64,000 nucleotides of DNA, from positions 27,253 through 91,252 of the IMG/VR virus record IMGVR_UViG_3300028192_000001, one strand, 5' to 3'. This document shows, piece after piece, positions 58,807 to 64,000 of this stretch (within the stretch, counting starts at the first letter, position 1; every line of letters begins with the position of its first letter). The notes under the pieces were generated by a model. The model searched no databases. It saw only the letters and a list, made by a program, of their open reading frames with translations, and had not been told where the DNA came from. Position numbers and translations under genes: made by a program. This DNA is from a virus.

Positions 58807-59976
58807 ATGTCAGAAATATTTGAATCTAAATGGGGCGAAACAAAATCTGCCCTAACTGAAGGTTTAGAAGGCAACAAGAAAAAAGTGATGGGTGTCATTT
58901 TAGAAAATACTAAAAGATACTTGTCAGAACAAGCGACTGCTGGTGCTACATCGGCGGGTAACGTTGCTACACTAAATCGTGTAATTCTTCCAGTAATACG
59001 TAGGGTTATGCCTACTGTTATAGCGAACGAGATTGTTGGTGTACAACCAATGACTGGTCCGGTTGGACAGATACACACACTAAGAATAAGATATGCTGAT
59101 ACGTCTGCAACAGACAATATAATTGCAGGTGAAGAAGCATTATCTCCTTTCAAAATTGCGAGAGCATATTCTGGAAACGCAACTGAATCGGCGCCTAAAG
59201 CGGCATCAACAGCGGCTAAAGAGGGAACTCCAGGTTCTAGACTATCGATCCAAATTTTGAAACAACCTGTTGAAGCCAAATCAAGAAAACTATCTGCAAG
59301 ATGGACTTTTGAAGCGGCTCAAGATGCACAAGCACAACAAGGTATAGACGTAGAAGCAGAAATCATGGCGGCTTTGGCTCAAGAAATTACGGCTGAAATC
59401 GATCAAGAAATCTTAGGATCATTAATGTCATTAGCGGCGGCTGATGATGAAACTTTTGATCAATCTGCTGTGTCTGGTACTGCAACGTTCGTCGGTGATG
59501 AACACGCGGCTTTGGCAGTCTTAGTCAATAGAGTTGCAAATAAAATTGCGACAAGAACAAGACGTGGGGCTGGTAACTGGTCAGTTGTTAGTCCACAAGC
59601 ATTAACAATTCTTCAATCTGCAACAACTTCAGCGTTCGCAAGATCTACTGAAGGTACTTTTGAAGCGCCAACTAATACTAAATTCGTTGGAACTTTAAAT
59701 GCGGCTATGAGAATTTACGTAAATGCTTACGCGGCTGATGATACATCAATTCTAGTTGGCTACAAGGGATCAAGTGAAGCAGACGCTCCGGCGTTCTACT
59801 GTCCTTACATTCCTTTAATGTCAAGTGGCGTTGTATTAGATCCGGCTACTTTCGAACCAGTTGTTGGCTTCTTAACAAGATATGGCTATGTAGAGTTAAC
59901 AAACACTGCATCATCTCTTGGTAATGCGGCTGATTACGTTGGTAGAGTAGGTATATCTAACGTTAAATTTAAATAA
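58807..59976 (+). CDS. gp23: Major capsid protein (gp23)
   Basis: GVQPMTGP, SRKLSARWT.EAAQD, EITAEIDQEI, FYCPYIPL, TFEP..GF.TRYG. Confidence 0.97.
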   Translation: MSEIFESKWGETKSALTEGLEGNKKKVMGVILENTKRYLSEQATAGATSAGNVATLNRVILPVIRRVMPTVIANEIVGVQPMTGPVGQIHTLRIRYADTSATDNIIAGEEALSPFKIARAYSGNATESAPKAASTAAKEGTPGSRLSIQILKQPVEAKSRKLSARWTFEAAQDAQAQQGIDVEAEIMAALAQEITAEIDQEILGSLMSLAAADDETFDQSAVSGTATFVGDEHAALAVLVNRVANKIATRTRRGAGNWSVVSPQALTILQSATTSAFARSTEGTFEAPTNTKFVGTLNAAMRIYVNAYAADDTSILVGYKGSSEADAPAFYCPYIPLMSSGVVLDPATFEPVVGFLTRYGYVELTNTASSLGNAADYVGRVGISNVKFK

Positions 59977-60016
59977 TTTCTTTTGGAATTATTTGGATAA
60001 ACCAGTATAAACAATT

Positions 60017-60044
60017 AGGGCGGCTTTCGAGTCGCCCTTTTTTT
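60017..60044 (+). terminator. Rho-independent terminator after capsid gene
   Basis: AGGGCGGCT-TTCG-AGTCGCCCT plus T-tract. Confidence 0.9.
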
Positions 60045-60061
60045 GTGGCTTAAATATCAAT

Positions 60062-60760
60062 ATGCATTATCTTTTTACAAACGGCTGTTCATTTATGACA
60101 ACCAGAAATTTTAAACAACGAACTAGCATACAAACTCACGTTGGAATAGAAATTGCTAAACATTATAATTTTGAACTTACTAATATTGCTAGAGGTGGCC
60201 GTGGAATGGATAGAACAACTCTTACCACAATGATATTTTTCGAAAAACATAGAAAGTTCAAAGATACTTTTGCTTTAATTGAATGGTCCGATGCTGGACG
60301 ATGGGATTACCCAACAAGATTTAAGAAAAAAAAGCATTTACATCCACAACTTGATACCGACTGGCAATCTGTAAGACTAACAGACGAAGCAACAACAACT
60401 TTTCTTAATAAAAATGCTCAAAACATAGATCTTCCTGCATTTTTAGTAACAAGATTTTATCATAATGTTTTATCTTTACAATCTTTTTTTAAATCTAATG
60501 GCATACCTTACTTAATGTACAATGGAATATGGAACTCAGTTGATGAAGGAAAAAAGGATCATCAAAGTTTATCAAATTTAATTGACAAAAAACATTTTTT
60601 TGGGTTTGATAATTGGCAATTGTCTCACTTTGGATTCTGTGAACGTAATAAACTTTGTGTTGGTGCAGGAGATGAACATCCAAATGAAGAAGGTCATAAA
60701 GAATTTGCCAAATTATTAATATCGTATATTGACAAAAATAATCTGCTTAAAAAATTATAA
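60062..60760 (+). CDS. SGNH/GDSL-like hydrolase (similar to 4805..5611)
   Basis: NGCSF, NIARGG, IEWS...R, DEHP..EGH. Confidence 0.65.
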   Translation: MHYLFTNGCSFMTTRNFKQRTSIQTHVGIEIAKHYNFELTNIARGGRGMDRTTLTTMIFFEKHRKFKDTFALIEWSDAGRWDYPTRFKKKKHLHPQLDTDWQSVRLTDEATTTFLNKNAQNIDLPAFLVTRFYHNVLSLQSFFKSNGIPYLMYNGIWNSVDEGKKDHQSLSNLIDKKHFFGFDNWQLSHFGFCERNKLCVGAGDEHPNEEGHKEFAKLLISYIDKNNLLKKL

Positions 60761-60891
60761 TCTTTAGTTATAATGATTTTTTTCTATATTCATACGGTAA
60801 TATCTCAAAATATAGTACTTTAACTCATAAAATATAGTTTCTAAATAATCCAGAGTCGATAAGACTCGTCAACAATAGAAGGAGATCCACT

Positions 60892-61125
60892 ATGGATATC
60901 ATGTTAAAAGTTAAAGGATGGGCAAAAACATTGGCTGACGTAGGAGTAAGTTTAATTGCGTTAGGAATTGTTTTCGAAATTCTTTTTAATGGTCACGGTA
61001 TTCCGTTCTGGCCAAATATTTCTGTTATAGGAAATGTTCAGGGCGTACTGCAAGGATTTTCAGACCAAGGTCTGATAGGTTTAGTTGCAGTTTGGATTCT
61101 ATATCATATCTACAATAGAAAATAA
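60892..61125 (+). CDS. Small two-TM membrane protein
   Basis: Two hydrophobic segments; strong SD GAAGGAG; own TAAATA promoter and terminator. Confidence 0.8.
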   Translation: MDIMLKVKGWAKTLADVGVSLIALGIVFEILFNGHGIPFWPNISVIGNVQGVLQGFSDQGLIGLVAVWILYHIYNRK

Positions 61126-61154
61126 TATAGACATCACATAATATAATGATCCAA

Positions 61155-61191
61155 TTAAGGGTGGTATCACAATTGTTGATATCGCCCTTAA
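61155..61191. terminator. Hairpin between convergent genes
   Basis: TTAAGGGTGGTATCA-caattgt-TGATATCGCCCTTAA. Confidence 0.75.
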
Positions 61192-61193
61192 AT

Positions 61194-62201
61194 TTAAATT
61201 AAAACTAAATTAGATTTTGTTGCTACTGAACGTAGACTATCTTCTGTCTCTGTTTTTTGTTTATCATTCCATTTAAACCTTGCTCGACTACAAGTATTGC
61301 AAATTAAATTTTGTTTTGCAGAAGAATAATTTTTATTATAAATTAAATTGTGTACATTTTGTAAATTTTGCCATGCTTTTTCTATACCTAGTTCAAAAAC
61401 ATTACCATAGTTTGTTTGCTTTGTAGCATCATCACAACATAAAACAACAGTACCATCTACAAGAATTTCAATTCTCCTTAAAATTTTTCCTAGATCTAAC
61501 GTACATCCTTGTACAAAATTTTCTTTATTAATAGAATATTCTTTACTTTTAATCCAAACACCATCACCTGAAGCCATTCTATTATTAAGCCAGTTTGTTT
61601 TAATTTTAATAATACCTAAAGTGTACTTTTTAAATTCTCTATGTAATTGTTTTCTTGTTGCTTCATTTATAAATTTATCATTTCCTTCTTTTATTCCTAT
61701 TCTCATAAGTTTAGAAATATCTGGGTAATTTTTTTTTACTTTTAATAATCTTTGTTTAGTAACTTCCCAATTCACACCCATAAATTTTTTTATTTCTTTT
61801 GTATTAAATCCAATAATTGAAATGTTTAATTTTTTAATAAGATGTTTGTATTGATTAATAATTTTACAATTTTTTTCAGTAAAAGAAATTCCGTTAGTAG
61901 TAATAATAACCTGCATTTTATTCTTGTCAGCAAGTTCAAAAATTGTTTCTAAATCAGGACAAACCAATGGGTCAGAATATCTCCACGGCTGAATATGTGC
62001 TGACCACGGAGTAACATTATATTTTTTTAATAAATTTGCAAAATCATTAATTAAAAAAACTATTTGTTCACGTGACATTTTTTGTGATCTATATTCTTTA
62101 CTTTCACCAAGCCACGAATATGGACAACAATAACATTTTGCATTACATAAATTTATAGGTTCAAAAGATAATTCAGTTGGTATAGGTAATCTAGGATACA
62201 T
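61194..62201 (-). CDS. Radical SAM/SPASM protein
   Basis: CNAKCYCC; C-terminal C...DGTVVLCCDD...GN...C..C. Confidence 0.85.
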   Translation of the reverse strand: MYPRLPIPTELSFEPINLCNAKCYCCPYSWLGESKEYRSQKMSREQIVFLINDFANLLKKYNVTPWSAHIQPWRYSDPLVCPDLETIFELADKNKMQVIITTNGISFTEKNCKIINQYKHLIKKLNISIIGFNTKEIKKFMGVNWEVTKQRLLKVKKNYPDISKLMRIGIKEGNDKFINEATRKQLHREFKKYTLGIIKIKTNWLNNRMASGDGVWIKSKEYSINKENFVQGCTLDLGKILRRIEILVDGTVVLCCDDATKQTNYGNVFELGIEKAWQNLQNVHNLIYNKNYSSAKQNLICNTCSRARFKWNDKQKTETEDSLRSVATKSNLVLI

Positions 62202-62274
62202 ATGAAATATTTATAGGTATAAAAGTTACCCACCCACAAATAAATATATATGTATAAAATGATAAAAATAACAA

Positions 62275-62691
62275 ATGCCAGGTGCAATTAAAAATACAAA
62301 AATTGGTAAGTCAGCAGGAAGAATAGAGGTAACTGGAGCATTCTCTAAACAACCAACTCAACCTAACGGATCAAATACCGAGACAGTATCAACTGCATTA
62401 GGTGCCTACATTTCTTCACAAAAAGGAAGTAAACTATTTGAAGTAGTATTCACATCTGCGGATGGAATAACTCAACTTACTGAAATGCTAAAATTAACAG
62501 CAGATACACCTAATGCTTTAACTCCTGGGCAATTTTGTGTACAAATTATATTAGATGATTCAACTGTGGTATACGTATCAAAATTTTACAACAATACCAT
62601 ACATTGGGTTAATCCTGCTATCACGTATGGAGAACCTTTATCTACAGGATGGCTTTCATATACCTTACGTTCAGAAGGAATAAGTCTATAA
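62275..62691 (+). CDS. Hypothetical virion-associated protein
   Basis: YI..QKGSK.F.V; TAAATA upstream. Confidence 0.6.
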   Translation: MPGAIKNTKIGKSAGRIEVTGAFSKQPTQPNGSNTETVSTALGAYISSQKGSKLFEVVFTSADGITQLTEMLKLTADTPNALTPGQFCVQIILDDSTVVYVSKFYNNTIHWVNPAITYGEPLSTGWLSYTLRSEGISL

Positions 62692-62727
62692 CAAAGGCAG
62701 TCATTTCTTTATATAAATAATAGCAAT

Positions 62728-63567
62728 ATGTCAAAAACAGTTAGAACTTACGGCGATTATACCATTAAAGCAGGCGGCGGATCGAGCGGATCAGATAGAA
62801 TAATACTAGATGCATCTGAAATTAGAGTGCCTGGAAGTCTGACTGTTGAAGGTACTCAAACAACATTAAATTCAGCGACACTTACAATCGAAGACAAATT
62901 TATAGAAGTTAATAGAAATAATTCTACAGCAGGTACAGAAGATGGTGGTGTATTTTTTAACCAAGGATCTAATAATCATCAAATTTTTTATTATGATGCT
63001 GACCAATCAGAATTTGTTGTTGGAGTAACAACTCAAGATTCTGATGCTACATCAATTACAAATATTACACCAGGAAATTTAAGAATTGCGGCACCAGGAC
63101 AATCAGATCACGCCACTACAAAAGCATACGTAGATGCACAAATTGCCGGCGGTGGATTTAGTATTGGATTTACAGGTGATGATTCAACAACGGTATCTGT
63201 AACAACAGGAAATACAGTTGATATTGCAGGTGGCTCAAACATAAGCACTGCGGCGGCAGAACCAGATACTATAACAGTAAATTTAAATAACGATTTAACA
63301 AATATAACTTCAATAACATCAAATGTATCTAATGGAAACCTAACATTAGCAACAAATGGTACTGGTGATGTTGTAGTAGATGATACATTAACATTTTCGG
63401 CCGCGGCAAGTACACCAGCGGCAAATACAGTTACAAAAATTTACAATAAAACAGCAGGTGGAGGCGGTACTGGACTGTTTTTTCTTAACTCTAACATCAA
63501 TTCAGGCTCAGAAGGAGAACTGATAAGTAAAAGCAAAGCAACGGCTTTGGCAATTGCATTAGGATAA
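62728..63567 (+). CDS. Virion structural protein (fibre-like)
   Basis: G.LTVEGT.T..NS..LTIED..I.VN, ATTKAYVD; TATAAATA upstream. Confidence 0.65.
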   Translation: MSKTVRTYGDYTIKAGGGSSGSDRIILDASEIRVPGSLTVEGTQTTLNSATLTIEDKFIEVNRNNSTAGTEDGGVFFNQGSNNHQIFYYDADQSEFVVGVTTQDSDATSITNITPGNLRIAAPGQSDHATTKAYVDAQIAGGGFSIGFTGDDSTTVSVTTGNTVDIAGGSNISTAAAEPDTITVNLNNDLTNITSITSNVSNGNLTLATNGTGDVVVDDTLTFSAAASTPAANTVTKIYNKTAGGGGTGLFFLNSNINSGSEGELISKSKATALAIALG

Positions 63568-63570
63568 AAA

Positions 63571-63885
63571 ATGGCTATAACAAATTTTCAAGTAGGAACA
63601 GGCACCGGAACACCGGCGTATACTGCTACGGCGGAAACTGCGGTTACTGTAATATACATTACAAATAAGTCAAGTGCGGCTGGAACAATAGACGTTTACA
63701 TTACTCCTAATGGACAAGCAGTTAGTGAAAACTTTAAAATTTACAATCAATTAACTATTCCGGCACAAGACACTTATATTATCGATACTGAGAAAACAAT
63801 TTTAGAAATAGGTGCTAAAATTTTTATTGCGGCACCAGATTCAGCGGCACAATTCAACGCAACGATCTCAACTATAGGATTATAA
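63571..63885 (+). CDS. Small virion structural protein
   Basis: Beta-rich 104 aa, IPAQDTYIID.EK.IL..G. Confidence 0.6.
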   Translation: MAITNFQVGTGTGTPAYTATAETAVTVIYITNKSSAAGTIDVYITPNGQAVSENFKIYNQLTIPAQDTYIIDTEKTILEIGAKIFIAAPDSAAQFNATISTIGL

Positions 63886-63889
63886 TACT

Positions 63890-64000
63890 ATGGGTAGATT
63901 TGTTAAAAATCCAGTACTAGTATCAGGAAGTGCAATAACATCACAAATTGCTATAGGTACAACATCTGAACAATCAGAAAACCCAAATCCAGGCGAAATA
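63890..64000 (+). CDS. Partial CDS, probable virion protein
   Basis: MGRFVKNP... open to window end. Confidence 0.6.
   Translation, partial: MGRFVKNPVLVSGSAITSQIAIGTTSEQSENPNPGEI

Noticed and set aside
1-64000. Stop-codon reassignment, tRNA genes, diversity-generating retroelement
   Set aside because: Standard code gives dense full-length genes including a 4304-aa ORF; no cloverleaf, reverse transcriptase or adenine-variable repeat pair seen by eye

Overview
AT-rich 64 kb segment of a large T4-superfamily myophage genome. Gene content and order resemble jumbo myophages of the RAK2/GAP32/Atu_ph07 type. A marine alphaproteobacterial (SAR11-like) host is plausible but is only inferred. Layout: (i) 1-11.4 kb, minus strand: glycan-modification cluster (UDP-glucose dehydrogenase, several glycosyltransferase-like genes, methyltransferase, SGNH-like protein, radical SAM enzymes). 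(ii) 11.5-43.4 kb, minus strand: tail-fibre/baseplate module, including a glycine-rich protein with two tandem Hint domains and a 4304-aa baseplate protein. (iii) 43.5-47.7 kb, plus strand: gp55 late sigma factor, gp47/gp46, an unannotated 27-aa Lys-rich peptide and a histone H1-like protein. (iv) A GIY-YIG nuclease divergent from a ~420-nt highly structured non-coding region. (v) A gp26-like gene with a probable programmed -1 frameshift, then tape measure, portal, protease, scaffold and major capsid genes, and further accessory/virion genes. Best leads: the structured ncRNA candidate (48272-48690), the -1 frameshift (50247-50256), the tandem Hint protein, a dispersed DGST motif that may be a virion glycosylation sequon, leaderless TAAATA late promoters, and a 16-bp CG-centred palindromic motif. 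All product calls come from motif recognition, not database searches.
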